The position numbers and the translations under genes are program-made. Source: a virus. Taken from it: a DNA stretch of 64,000 bases. The stretch covers positions 9,432-73,431 of IMG/VR virus record IMGVR_UViG_3300029787_000021, one strand, 5' to 3'. Shown here piece by piece: positions 46,675-55,446 of this stretch. The notes under the pieces are model-generated. The model had not been told where the DNA came from and made no database searches. It saw nothing but the letters and a program-made list of their open reading frames with translations. Every line of letters starts with the position of its first letter. The stretch's first letter is position 1.

Positions 46675-47663
46675 TAAATCAGCTTTATCTGTGAGCTAGC
46701 TCGATAGTTACCTAATAATTCTTGATCTGTTTTTATATCTTTTAATGCTATTCCAGAATTACTATTTATATTTCCTTCTGAAAATGCTGTGTTTATTAAT
46801 GCTAAAGGTTCTGAAAATAAAAAATTAGTATCTTTTATTAATCTAAGTTCAATTAAAGTTTTAAAGTTAGGATGTAAATCATTAGTATACGAACGTAATA
46901 TATAAGCAGCTACGGATATTGGTAATGATTCTAATTCATCTCTAGTAATTTTATACCAACCTGTTTCTCCTTTCCATAATGGAAATACTTGTTCACCTGC
47001 TTTTATATCAACTAATGCAAAAAGACCTACTCCATGAATAGGACTTTGTCTTTGATATGACTTTACAGATGAATCTAGATACTCCATAACATCTAATCTA
47101 TCTTTTTTATTAAATTCTCCATTTGAAAAGTAAGTCCATCCTATTTTGTGACTTGTAGGATACCCTTCTATTCCCCAATCAGTAGGAACTACTTTAAAAT
47201 TTATATCTTTTCTAATTTTACTATATTCATATATTGAAAGAATACACCCTTCATTGGCTATAATTTTACAATGATCCTCAAAAGATTTATATTTATTCCA
47301 TTCTTGTTCTGTTGGTTCTTCATAGAAGAAGTCTAACATTTTCTTTAACTGTTTTTTAGTTTTATGTCTACTAAAGTTTTCATCTTCAGGACAAAAAGTA
47401 TCCATAAAGATACCATCATATTTCATATGTAAATTAGGTAATACGTCTATCCAATCACCATGAAATACATTAACGTTAGGTTTATCCCAACTCCATAATA
47501 ATGCTCTTTCGTATAAATCTTCTCTGATTTCAATTATTGTAAGAGATTTTACTCCTTTATTATAGAAATATTCTGATGTAACACCCCATCCATAACCAAC
47601 ATCTAATATATGCTTATCAGGAGATGTCATCAAATCTAAAACCTCTTTTTCAAATATAACCAT
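46674..47663 (-). CDS. Class I SAM methyltransferase fused to a SET-like domain
   Basis: ILDVGYGWG, TIIEI, YDGIFMDT; then QSPIHGVGLFALVDIKAGE...ALKDIKTDQELLGNY. Confidence 0.75.
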   Translation of the reverse strand: MVIFEKEVLDLMTSPDKHILDVGYGWGVTSEYFYNKGVKSLTIIEIREDLYERALLWSWDKPNVNVFHGDWIDVLPNLHMKYDGIFMDTFCPEDENFSRHKTKKQLKKMLDFFYEEPTEQEWNKYKSFEDHCKIIANEGCILSIYEYSKIRKDINFKVVPTDWGIEGYPTSHKIGWTYFSNGEFNKKDRLDVMEYLDSSVKSYQRQSPIHGVGLFALVDIKAGEQVFPLWKGETGWYKITRDELESLPISVAAYILRSYTNDLHPNFKTLIELRLIKDTNFLFSEPLALINTAFSEGNINSNSGIALKDIKTDQELLGNYRASSQIKLI

Positions 47664-47673
47664 TTATTTTATC

Positions 47674-48015
47674 TTACCATTTTCTGCAACTCCAGTATCT
47701 TGCTTTCCATTTTGGTCCCGGAGTAGAACATTTATGTCTTGCTCTAAAAGATTTACGTCTAGCAGGATTACTTTTTCTAATCCTCATAGTTTTTCTTTTA
47801 GCAGATGTTCCTCCATGACCGAAGTTAACTTTAACTACGTTACCTTTTTGATTTTTAACGTATACTTTAAACTTTTTAACATCACCTCTAGTAGGTTTAT
47901 TAAGTTTTACTTTTCTTCCTCTGTATTCAGCCTCTTCAATAGGACCTAAGGATATAGTATACCCCTCAGCTAATTCTTCAGAGTATACATCCCATTCGTT
48001 AAATTGTTCTTTCAT
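47674..48015 (-). CDS. Basic phage protein with acidic leader
   Basis: Acidic N-terminus to PIEE, then KVNFG...RKSFRARHKC...ARYWSCRKW. Confidence 0.7.
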   Translation of the reverse strand: MKEQFNEWDVYSEELAEGYTISLGPIEEAEYRGRKVKLNKPTRGDVKKFKVYVKNQKGNVVKVNFGHGGTSAKRKTMRIRKSNPARRKSFRARHKCSTPGPKWKARYWSCRKW

Positions 48016-48500
48016 TAGTCGTTTGCTCTATTAAACCTACCAACACAAATTCCTTGAGCGAAATAGTTATTACTATCATTTACTCCCCAATCACCTCCAT
48101 AAGAAATATGAAGTAACTCATGATCATCTACAACTCCAATAGCAGATACTTCAACATAAGCTCCTGTATTGTCAAGACATTTATCTCCTACTTGTATTTG
48201 TACATCAGTTGCAGCAGTGATTGCAGGATCATGACAAACCCATGTTCCGCCTTCTTTATAAAAAATTTGATTAGTTGAACATTTAACTCTTCTTCCATCA
48301 GCAAAGTCAATGTTAACTGTTGGCATAGTTTCTAATACAAATCCAGTAATCTCTTTTTCAAAGATTTCATTACCATGCTCGAAAGAATGATATGCTATCC
48401 AATCCCCAGAAACAAGATCCTGAGCTTTAGATTGACCATTGTGGCCTACTGGTACGCCTCGGTTAACTTGGTAGATTAGTGTGTTTTGTGCTACTGCCAT
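48015..48500 (-). CDS. Stand-alone degenerate Hint domain
   Basis: AVAQNTLI (Cys1 absent), AQDLVSGD, CSTNQIF, IQVGDKC, NNYFAQGICV (no HN). Confidence 0.65.
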   Translation of the reverse strand: MAVAQNTLIYQVNRGVPVGHNGQSKAQDLVSGDWIAYHSFEHGNEIFEKEITGFVLETMPTVNIDFADGRRVKCSTNQIFYKEGGTWVCHDPAITAATDVQIQVGDKCLDNTGAYVEVSAIGVVDDHELLHISYGGDWGVNDSNNYFAQGICVGRFNRAND

Positions 48501-48533
48501 AATATAATTATTTATTAGTTAATTTAAATACAA

Positions 48534-48677
48534 CTAGCTATGTTTAGCTTTAAAGTAAGTTATAAAATTATTAATAGTAGTATTAATAGATGCTTTTTGT
48601 GCATCAGTTACTGAGTATAATGTTCTACTATTTACTTCAGTATTAGCTACTTTTTGATAAAATATTGGCTTCCTCAT
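48534..48677 (-). CDS. Small protein (47 aa) between the Hint genes
   Basis: MRKPIFYQKVANTEVNSRTLYSVTDAQKASINTTINNFITYFKAKHS; late motif at 48682; not in the ORF track. Confidence 0.65.
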   Translation of the reverse strand: MRKPIFYQKVANTEVNSRTLYSVTDAQKASINTTINNFITYFKAKHS

Positions 48678-48691
48678 ATAATATAAATAGG

Positions 48692-50956
48692 TTATTTATT
48701 GTGAACTATAATACCATTGGCAACATAATTGTGATATTCTTTTACTGTAAAATTGAATACTCTTTGATCTGGTTTAGAATCTATAACATCTATTGAAGAA
48801 ATAGCTTTCCATTCTCCGCAACAATTTATCTCATCTCCAGGTTCTAATATACTAAACTCTTCTACATCTGGTTTTAAAGCTTTCCAACCCTGTTTAGTAA
48901 GGAAAGGATGCTCTGGTGTAAATTCAATATTACATATTCCTTCTCCATTAATAGTATATAAATCTCTATCTCCTACTACTGTTGGTTCGATATCTATTAC
49001 TTTACTTACTACCAACTCTTCTCCGTTCCAAGATAATACTTCATCACCAATTACTATATCTTCTATATTTTTTATATCTTCATTAGCTAAACTAATTTCA
49101 GTACCTTCTACGAAACAACAACCAAAACCTCCTGGAGGAACTCTGTTATGAACTAAAAATCCATTAGCATAAAAATTATTATTATCAGCAACTTCATCTA
49201 AATTATATACTGTTTCATTATGAGGATTTTCTTCAATAAATGTAAGTTCATAAAAATTACCATCGTGATTTAAACATTTATCTCCTACAACTAAAGCTCG
49301 ATCTGCAATATTACTTTCAGCTGGTTTATATGCTGACCATCCGCTTCCACTTACATAAAATGGATGATCGAAAGTACAAGTATTAAAATTATCGTTAGAA
49401 AATTCTAAATAAACTACAGGTTGATTATGTTTAGTTTGAATTTGAGTAACTTCTCTTTCCTCTTGTTGTTCTGAGTCTAAATTATAAGTTAATACTGTAT
49501 CACTAATTGCAATATCTTCTATATTTTTAATTAAAGGAACTTCTCCATTACTTAAAGTAATCTTAGTCCCAGCTACAAAACAAGGAGCATTATGTACTAA
49601 AAAGTTAGATCCAGATAATTGATAATTATCATCATCTTCAACATTAATTTGTCTATAACCAGCAGCAGTTGTAGTTACTCCAGTATATCCTTCAGTTACA
49701 GCTTCAAACCCACTACCAGATACCCAAACTGAATGAGTATTAGGAAAGATATTTTGAGCATATTCCCATTCTACTCTATCAATCACTGCATTATAAACTA
49801 AATATGCTTCATTAGGAGAAGTGTATCCAGTTGCATTTGCTGTTTTAATCTCACTAATAATATTATTACTAGCTGATATTTCATAAGAAGATAAAACTAA
49901 AGATCCAGTAGCATGAGAACCATCAGGTAATTGATTTCCTGAGTGACTCCACTCGTACCAGTCTTGATTATCTTCAGGTGATCCACTAACAAAGTATGAT
50001 AATACTGCATTAGAAGCTGATACATCTTTAGCTAAAATAAAATCACCAGACATGCTAATTAAACTTTCACCATAAGGCCATACTCCATAAGTTCTTTCAG
50101 TCATATGATTGGTAGCAAAACAAAACTTATAGTATGTTTCCAATTCACTACTAATATTTGCAGTATTAAAATCGTTTAAACTTTCTGGTTCATCAAAATA
50201 AGCTCCTACTTTATAGTTACCTATAGATACTTGATCTAAATTAGCACCGTAAACAAAAGTAAAATTTCTAATAGAAGTTACTTTATCTCCTTGCTTCTCA
50301 CTAGAATTATAATGATAGTTCTGAATCATTGAATCCTCATTTTTAACTTCATTTATAAAATTATTCCATCTATCAGAAGAACCTGAAGTTGCATGACCAA
50401 TTTTATACATTTTCATAGTCTGATGAGCTTCAGTTGCTTTTTTAGTAACTGCATCAATAATATTATCTGGGTTTAGATTAGATTTATCTATATGGTCTAT
50501 AACTCCAGTTGCTGAGGATGAATAGTAGAATTCAGTAACTTGATCTTCAGCAGAGTTATCACTAAATAACTTAAGTAGGTTAAGTTTACCTTTTGCATAA
50601 GTAGAATCTAATACTGCATTTTCATCATAAGCTAATCTAATAATAAATTTATTATCAGCATCTGAAGGTGAAGTAGGATAAATACTATCTATTTTTTCTG
50701 CTACTGCTGTGAAAGAATGACTATGAGCTGATGCTACAGATGACGATAAATACTCAACGAATTTGTCATGATAAGCATCTTTATATATTACATATACTGA
50801 ATCTATACTCCCAGTCATCATTGATACTATAGGAGTTACATCAACTTCGTTTCCTAAACTAGAGTTAATAAATGAAGTATCGGTATTTATTTCTAATAAC
50901 CTTATGTTATTTGATTCATCAACACAGAAGTCTGATGAGAAAATAGTTCCTTTCAT
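48692..50956 (-). CDS. Circularly permuted ATP-grasp-like domain fused to three tandem Hint domains
   Basis: N-terminal DFCVD..IRLLEINT, later VTKK, MIQNY, SIRNFTFV; three HN-terminated Hint units (50086-49589, 49582-49145, 49117-48698). Confidence 0.75.
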   Translation of the reverse strand: MKGTIFSSDFCVDESNNIRLLEINTDTSFINSSLGNEVDVTPIVSMMTGSIDSVYVIYKDAYHDKFVEYLSSSVASAHSHSFTAVAEKIDSIYPTSPSDADNKFIIRLAYDENAVLDSTYAKGKLNLLKLFSDNSAEDQVTEFYYSSSATGVIDHIDKSNLNPDNIIDAVTKKATEAHQTMKMYKIGHATSGSSDRWNNFINEVKNEDSMIQNYHYNSSEKQGDKVTSIRNFTFVYGANLDQVSIGNYKVGAYFDEPESLNDFNTANISSELETYYKFCFATNHMTERTYGVWPYGESLISMSGDFILAKDVSASNAVLSYFVSGSPEDNQDWYEWSHSGNQLPDGSHATGSLVLSSYEISASNNIISEIKTANATGYTSPNEAYLVYNAVIDRVEWEYAQNIFPNTHSVWVSGSGFEAVTEGYTGVTTTAAGYRQINVEDDDNYQLSGSNFLVHNAPCFVAGTKITLSNGEVPLIKNIEDIAISDTVLTYNLDSEQQEEREVTQIQTKHNQPVVYLEFSNDNFNTCTFDHPFYVSGSGWSAYKPAESNIADRALVVGDKCLNHDGNFYELTFIEENPHNETVYNLDEVADNNNFYANGFLVHNRVPPGGFGCCFVEGTEISLANEDIKNIEDIVIGDEVLSWNGEELVVSKVIDIEPTVVGDRDLYTINGEGICNIEFTPEHPFLTKQGWKALKPDVEEFSILEPGDEINCCGEWKAISSIDVIDSKPDQRVFNFTVKEYHNYVANGIIVHNK

Positions 50957-50995
50957 TCTTGAATTTTTATATAAATAGTAACTAGTACTATATTA

Positions 50996-51349
50996 TTAGT
51001 TCAAATTATTAAAAAAATGTATAGTCCAAGCTACTAATCCATTCAATTGCAGTACTACTAAGTTCCACTGTCTTCTTACAGTAACTTGAAATAATACACA
51101 ACAAAAACCTATAATAAATAAAATAGGTTCAACAGTCCATTGACCTGCCATTAAAAAACCAGCTCCCATATACCCTACTCTTGAGGACATTCTTTCTATA
51201 GGAGTTAGTTTTCTTTCTCTAACCATAAACTTTAAAAAGTGCCTCCACCATCTATGTTCACATTGACGGCAAGTTAACTTATGCTTACCTTTATAGAATT
51301 TATACATCCATAAAGGTCGTTTCTGATTACATTTATTGCATTTTCTCAC
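50996..51349 (-). CDS. Zn-ribbon plus membrane domain protein
   Basis: CNKC...CRQC followed by hydrophobic helices. Confidence 0.6.
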   Translation of the reverse strand: MRKCNKCNQKRPLWMYKFYKGKHKLTCRQCEHRWWRHFLKFMVRERKLTPIERMSSRVGYMGAGFLMAGQWTVEPILFIIGFCCVLFQVTVRRQWNLVVLQLNGLVAWTIHFFNNLN

Positions 51350-51582
51350 CTTCTAACTTTATGCAAATTACTACCCCATCCTTGTCTACGATCCATCGAA
51401 GCTATTTCTTTAGCTACATTAGGATCTTTTATCACCTCAGTCTCTGCATAAGTAGTCTTTCCGGAAATAATATTTCGTACATACCATCTTCCCGTACTAC
51501 TACACTTTACACAAGTTTTAGTTTCAGGTAAAGCTTCTATTCTTAGAGGGTTTATAACCTCTTGACATTTAATGCATTTCAT
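51346..51582 (-). CDS. DksA/TraR-type C4 zinc-finger protein
   Basis: CIKCQEVINPLRIEALPETKTCVKC; start moved to 51582. Confidence 0.8.
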   Translation of the reverse strand: MKCIKCQEVINPLRIEALPETKTCVKCSSTGRWYVRNIISGKTTYAETEVIKDPNVAKEIASMDRRQGWGSNLHKVRR

Positions 51583-51739
51583 GATCGCAGTCTTTTTTAT
51601 GCCTAAACCATCCACCACATTTACACTTAACGTAGTAGACAGTTGAAGCTATAACTGGGGAGCCAGCAAGGGCAGTCCAAATATTCGGATGCCAATGCTC
51701 TCCACAAAAACCTAATGCATGCTTAATTACTTCTATCAC
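51569..51739 (-). CDS. Small His/Cys-rich membrane protein (56 aa)
   Basis: GTG start; HALGFCGEHWHPN...KCKCGGWFRHKKDCDH; not in the ORF track. Confidence 0.6.
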   Translation of the reverse strand: MIEVIKHALGFCGEHWHPNIWTALAGSPVIASTVYYVKCKCGGWFRHKKDCDHEMH

Positions 51740-52584
51740 TATATTAAAGCTGTTGCTAGTTTAAACAAATCTTGGTTAATTTTAAGATCTTTCTCAAAAG
51801 ACTTAATCTTTCTAACCTTTCTTACTTTAGCACCTCTTAAAGCAGCACTAAATCCTCCTTGAGTAACTTTCTCTTGAACTACGTTAAAGACTTTCCAAAG
51901 ATCATTACCTTTATCTTCATCCCTAGTAGGTTCTAAAATATCCTCAATCGTTTCTTCATCATAATCAAACTTAGTAGCTTCTGGAGTATCTAATTTAATT
52001 CCAGCTCTAAGTATCATAGCATCTAAAGCTAATTTATTTTTTTCATCTTGAGTAAGCTCTCTACTTTTCATCTGATTAAGAACTTCTACTTTAGCAGGTA
52101 AAGATTTTACAGCAGAAGAAACAACGTCTCTAAGCTCTGCAAAAGTATAACCTTTATGCCTTATCTTAAAATCAGAGAACTCTTCATCAGCAATAACTAA
52201 ACCATTAGAACAAACTAATCTATAGATACCTACTTTAAATTGAAAAGCATTAAACCCATCATGAGAGTTAGTCATAATAATTCTAGGAAAAGCATCATCT
52301 CCATCTTTACCTTTTATCATAATATCAGGATTCTGAAAGGATATCATATGCTTACTAAATATAGTAGGACCTCCTTTAGAAGTTCTCATAGTAGCTTGAA
52401 CAGGTTTCCATCCTAATTTTTCTAAATCATCGATAATAGTTTCAGTATTAACATGAAGGTATTTTTTACTAACGTCTGGGTTAGTAGGTTCAGTAGCGAA
52501 TGCTACAGGACACGTTTCTCTAATTTGATCTTTTGAAAGGTAAGTCTCTAACCCTGTCTCGTAAGACTGCATAATATCTGCCAT
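51739..52584 (-). CDS. DUF932/DUF945-family protein
   Basis: NSHDG, GIYRLVCSNGL, RHKG, LWKVFNVVQE. Confidence 0.85.
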   Translation of the reverse strand: MADIMQSYETGLETYLSKDQIRETCPVAFATEPTNPDVSKKYLHVNTETIIDDLEKLGWKPVQATMRTSKGGPTIFSKHMISFQNPDIMIKGKDGDDAFPRIIMTNSHDGFNAFQFKVGIYRLVCSNGLVIADEEFSDFKIRHKGYTFAELRDVVSSAVKSLPAKVEVLNQMKSRELTQDEKNKLALDAMILRAGIKLDTPEATKFDYDEETIEDILEPTRDEDKGNDLWKVFNVVQEKVTQGGFSAALRGAKVRKVRKIKSFEKDLKINQDLFKLATALI

Positions 52585-52611
52585 AACTTTTATTTTTAAT
52601 TATTTATACTA

Positions 52612-52644
52612 TAAATATACGAAAAAAAACTCGGGTAGGCAACT
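52612..52644 (-). promoter_or_regulatory. Early/middle promoter
   Basis: AGTTG-N16-TTCG-TATATTTA. Confidence 0.85.
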
Positions 52645-52948
52645 ATTTTATATGAAATTTTTCAATATTATCTTTAAGTTTCCAAGTATCAATACATTGA
52701 TCTTGAGTACCATTTGCTTCGTAAAATTTTAAACATACATCTAATGCTTTAGACCAATCTGAAATAGGTAAAGATATTTCATAACATATATCTTCATTTC
52801 TAAATGATATACTAAATAGTTTTACTGTCTTTTTACTAAAGAGATATCCTTCGTTTATACCGTTATAAACTCCATCTACTATCTTCTTATTAGAATAAGA
52901 AAATAACTCTTCAAACTCCTGTAACGTATTAAAATTAAGATTTATCAT
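52643..52948 (-). CDS. Hypothetical protein with degenerate UVR-like C-terminus
   Basis: ALDVCLKFYEANGTQDQCID. Confidence 0.6.
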   Translation of the reverse strand: MINLNFNTLQEFEELFSYSNKKIVDGVYNGINEGYLFSKKTVKLFSISFRNEDICYEISLPISDWSKALDVCLKFYEANGTQDQCIDTWKLKDNIEKFHIK

Positions 52949-52954
52949 TATAAC

Positions 52955-52987
52955 TAAATATACGAACTAACCATCAATAAACCAACT
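52955..52987 (-). promoter_or_regulatory. Early/middle promoter
   Basis: AGTTG-N16-TTCG-TATATTTA. Confidence 0.8.
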
Positions 52988-53567
52988 TATATCCGTTAAA
53001 TTTTAAGATATAATCTACTGTTGTAGTTCCGAATCCATCTTTTGATACTCTACCATTTCTTAAAAACTTTCTTACTCCTCCTGCTCCTACTAAATGAGCT
53101 GCTGCTATCAATCCTGATTCAGTGATAAATACTCCATGGATAGTTTTACCATCATACTTTTCTATATGTCTACTCAAAGATTTTTTATTCTTTTTCATTA
53201 ATTTTATCATAGCTTCTTCTTGAATAGAAGGATTTGATAAAAATTCTTCTTTACTTAAATTATATCCTAACCATCTTAAAGTTTTAGGTCCGAATTGATA
53301 TTTACCCATATACCCATACTTATTTACAATATCATATCTATTAGAGGATTCTCTATGACCAATAGCATCTAAAAACTCGTTTTGACTAAAAGTTATTACT
53401 TTATTTACTTTAACTGTAGTAATAGGTATTGGATCAAATATATGTATAGGTTTAGGTTTAATTTCTATAATTGAAATTGCTGGCATTATTACTCTTTTGT
53501 AGACTGTGAATGCCATTAATGAGGACACACATAGAGCCACAACAGGTACTAAAATAAGTTTTTTCAT
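52974..53567 (-). CDS. Lysozyme-like/transglycosylase protein with N-terminal signal or anchor
   Basis: IGHRESS..Y..VNKYGYMGKYQF, AAAHLVG; hydrophobic N-terminus. Confidence 0.75.
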   Translation of the reverse strand: MKKLILVPVVALCVSSLMAFTVYKRVIMPAISIIEIKPKPIHIFDPIPITTVKVNKVITFSQNEFLDAIGHRESSNRYDIVNKYGYMGKYQFGPKTLRWLGYNLSKEEFLSNPSIQEEAMIKLMKKNKKSLSRHIEKYDGKTIHGVFITESGLIAAAHLVGAGGVRKFLRNGRVSKDGFGTTTVDYILKFNGYKLVY

Positions 53568-53587
53568 ATAGTTTGTTTAGGTTGAAC

Positions 53588-53746
53588 TTAGAAGAGGTCT
53601 AAAAATGAAGTACCAATCTTCTTATCGCGTAACTTTTCGTTTCGCTCATGTTGCTTTACGAGGTTGTCTGCAACTATTCTTTCTAAAGGTTTTTTCTTTT
53701 TGAAAGTAGAAAACTTTTTTATTTTACTAAAGTCTTTCTTTTTCAT
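53588..53746 (-). CDS. Small basic protein (52 aa)
   Basis: MKKKDFSKIKKF...; late motif at 53753. Confidence 0.55.
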   Translation of the reverse strand: MKKKDFSKIKKFSTFKKKKPLERIVADNLVKQHERNEKLRDKKIGTSFLDLF

Positions 53747-53762
53747 ATATTAAATAAATAGT

Positions 53763-54398
53763 TTATATTCTAGAAATATATTCTTCTCCAGGCTTCTCGT
53801 CATCTTCCATTAAGCCTAATTCTCTTAAATGTTCAATATGATGTTCATCCATTTCCCAAGTAAACTCTTCACCATGTTTTTCTACATAGTCTTCCATTTT
53901 AACTACTTGTTGATCTGTTATAGGACTAACTCCGTATAAAAATGAACAATTATAACATAATAACTCTATATTATCTAAAGTAAAATCTTTTTTATCTTTA
54001 TTTTTATGATGTAATATTAAAGGAACTCTATTATCTATAACTCTTCTTTCTGCAAATCCACATTTATTACATTTCTCTTCTATTACTGCCTCAAAAATTA
54101 ATCTTTCTTTTATCTTCTGAGGATCAAAATGAGTAGAAGGAACTCTACCTTCTATTAAATCCATTAAAGGAGGTGTTTTACCTTTACCAGATAAGAACTT
54201 TGGTATACCTTTACCAGCTTGATTTAAATGCATATCTAATAATGACTTACCTGTCTTATCATCTTTATAAAGTTTAGCATATTTTTTATAATGATTATAA
54301 GATACATGTAAGTATCTAGCAGCAGCTCGATTAGATCGAGTTTGCGACATAGCTCTTAATAAATCTTCTTTAGAAAGTATTTTAGCTGGTCTACCCAT
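53763..54398 (-). CDS. HNH endonuclease with N-terminal HTH
   Basis: RAAARYLHVSY; CNKC...LHHKN...NIELLCYNC. Confidence 0.8.
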   Translation of the reverse strand: MGRPAKILSKEDLLRAMSQTRSNRAAARYLHVSYNHYKKYAKLYKDDKTGKSLLDMHLNQAGKGIPKFLSGKGKTPPLMDLIEGRVPSTHFDPQKIKERLIFEAVIEEKCNKCGFAERRVIDNRVPLILHHKNKDKKDFTLDNIELLCYNCSFLYGVSPITDQQVVKMEDYVEKHGEEFTWEMDEHHIEHLRELGLMEDDEKPGEEYISRI

Positions 54399-54751
54399 TA
54401 ACTATCTTCTGAGTTCATAGTATTATGAATACCTTCTTTTTGAGTTTGATTAGCCGCACTCTCATCTTTATCATAATCTAACATCTCTAAGTCAATATTC
54501 TCTTTTAAGCCAGAACTAGCATTATCCATTTCTGCTAATCTTACAGCTGTATTTTGATCCATAATCTGTATTCCAGTCATTATGTCTTCTCCTGTTCCAG
54601 TTGTATGAAACCTTGCTACTAATGGTTTCTCCGTTGAACAATTGATACAATAGTTGTATCCAAATTTAGTTAGCCTTAATTCAGGCATAGGACTTCCACA
54701 TTTAACACATGGGATCATCTTAAGCTTTTGCATGGGACTTGTTTTTATCAT
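54398..54751 (-). CDS. DksA/TraR-like C4 zinc-finger protein (second paralog)
   Basis: CVKCGSPMPELRL...CINCS. Confidence 0.65.
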   Translation of the reverse strand: MIKTSPMQKLKMIPCVKCGSPMPELRLTKFGYNYCINCSTEKPLVARFHTTGTGEDIMTGIQIMDQNTAVRLAEMDNASSGLKENIDLEMLDYDKDESAANQTQKEGIHNTMNSEDS

Positions 54752-54780
54752 ATAATTATAACCTTAATTCAATTAACACA

Positions 54781-54813
54781 TAAATATACGAACTTTTATG
54801 CAGAAATCCAACT
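54781..54813 (-). promoter_or_regulatory. Early/middle promoter
   Basis: AGTTG-N16-TTCG-TATATTTA. Confidence 0.85.
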
Positions 54814-55446
54814 TTAAACGTCGTTTTTTCCTGCGTATTTCCAGTAAGGATTCAGACAATCATCGTCACATTCTAGGATTTCTACCATTTTTTTAGTAGC
54901 AACTAAGTTTCCGGAAATAGAAACTCTAGTATATTTACTACAATTTACAGGAGTATGATGCCATATTTCGGAGTTAAATATTATAGCCATACCTTTCTTT
55001 GGCACTACTTCAGCTTGATACTGATTAGTATTTACCTGTGTTTGAAATATTATATTACCTGAGTCTTTAGGATGATTACAGTAATAAGCAAAAGAAAGAC
55101 TTACGCTATCTCTTATATAACCGTGAGAATGGTTATGTATCGTAGTTTGTCCGCCAGGTTCTATTACATGTCCCCATATATCTTCTTTATCTGTTTCCCA
55201 TAAACCTTCTTCTCCAAAGACTTCTAGTAATTCTTTATCAATAGCATCTAATACAGCATCACATGTATGCTCGTACATATTACTATCTTCATAAAAAGTA
55301 TGATTTTTTGGGTAAATAGAATAATTATCTAGATCTCCAGGAACGTCATCTTTTAGTTTAGCCATTACAACTTCTTGTAATATTTTATCGTGATCTAAAG
55401 ATAAAAAATGCTCTGAATAATATAACCCGTTTAATAATTTAAACAT
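54814..55446 (-). CDS. 2OG-Fe(II) oxygenase (TIGR02466-like)
   Basis: HNH, SFAYY, GNIIF, WHHTP, RVSISGN. Confidence 0.8.
   Translation of the reverse strand: MFKLLNGLYYSEHFLSLDHDKILQEVVMAKLKDDVPGDLDNYSIYPKNHTFYEDSNMYEHTCDAVLDAIDKELLEVFGEEGLWETDKEDIWGHVIEPGGQTTIHNHSHGYIRDSVSLSFAYYCNHPKDSGNIIFQTQVNTNQYQAEVVPKKGMAIIFNSEIWHHTPVNCSKYTRVSISGNLVATKKMVEILECDDDCLNPYWKYAGKNDV

Noticed and set aside
48692-50956. Mobile self-splicing inteins
   Set aside because: No homing endonuclease domain and the +1 residues are A, R and K rather than C/S/T; better treated as non-splicing Hint domains
53763-54398. HNH and GIY-YIG genes as intron-encoded homing elements
   Set aside because: Both are free-standing, with no interrupted host gene or recognisable intron core
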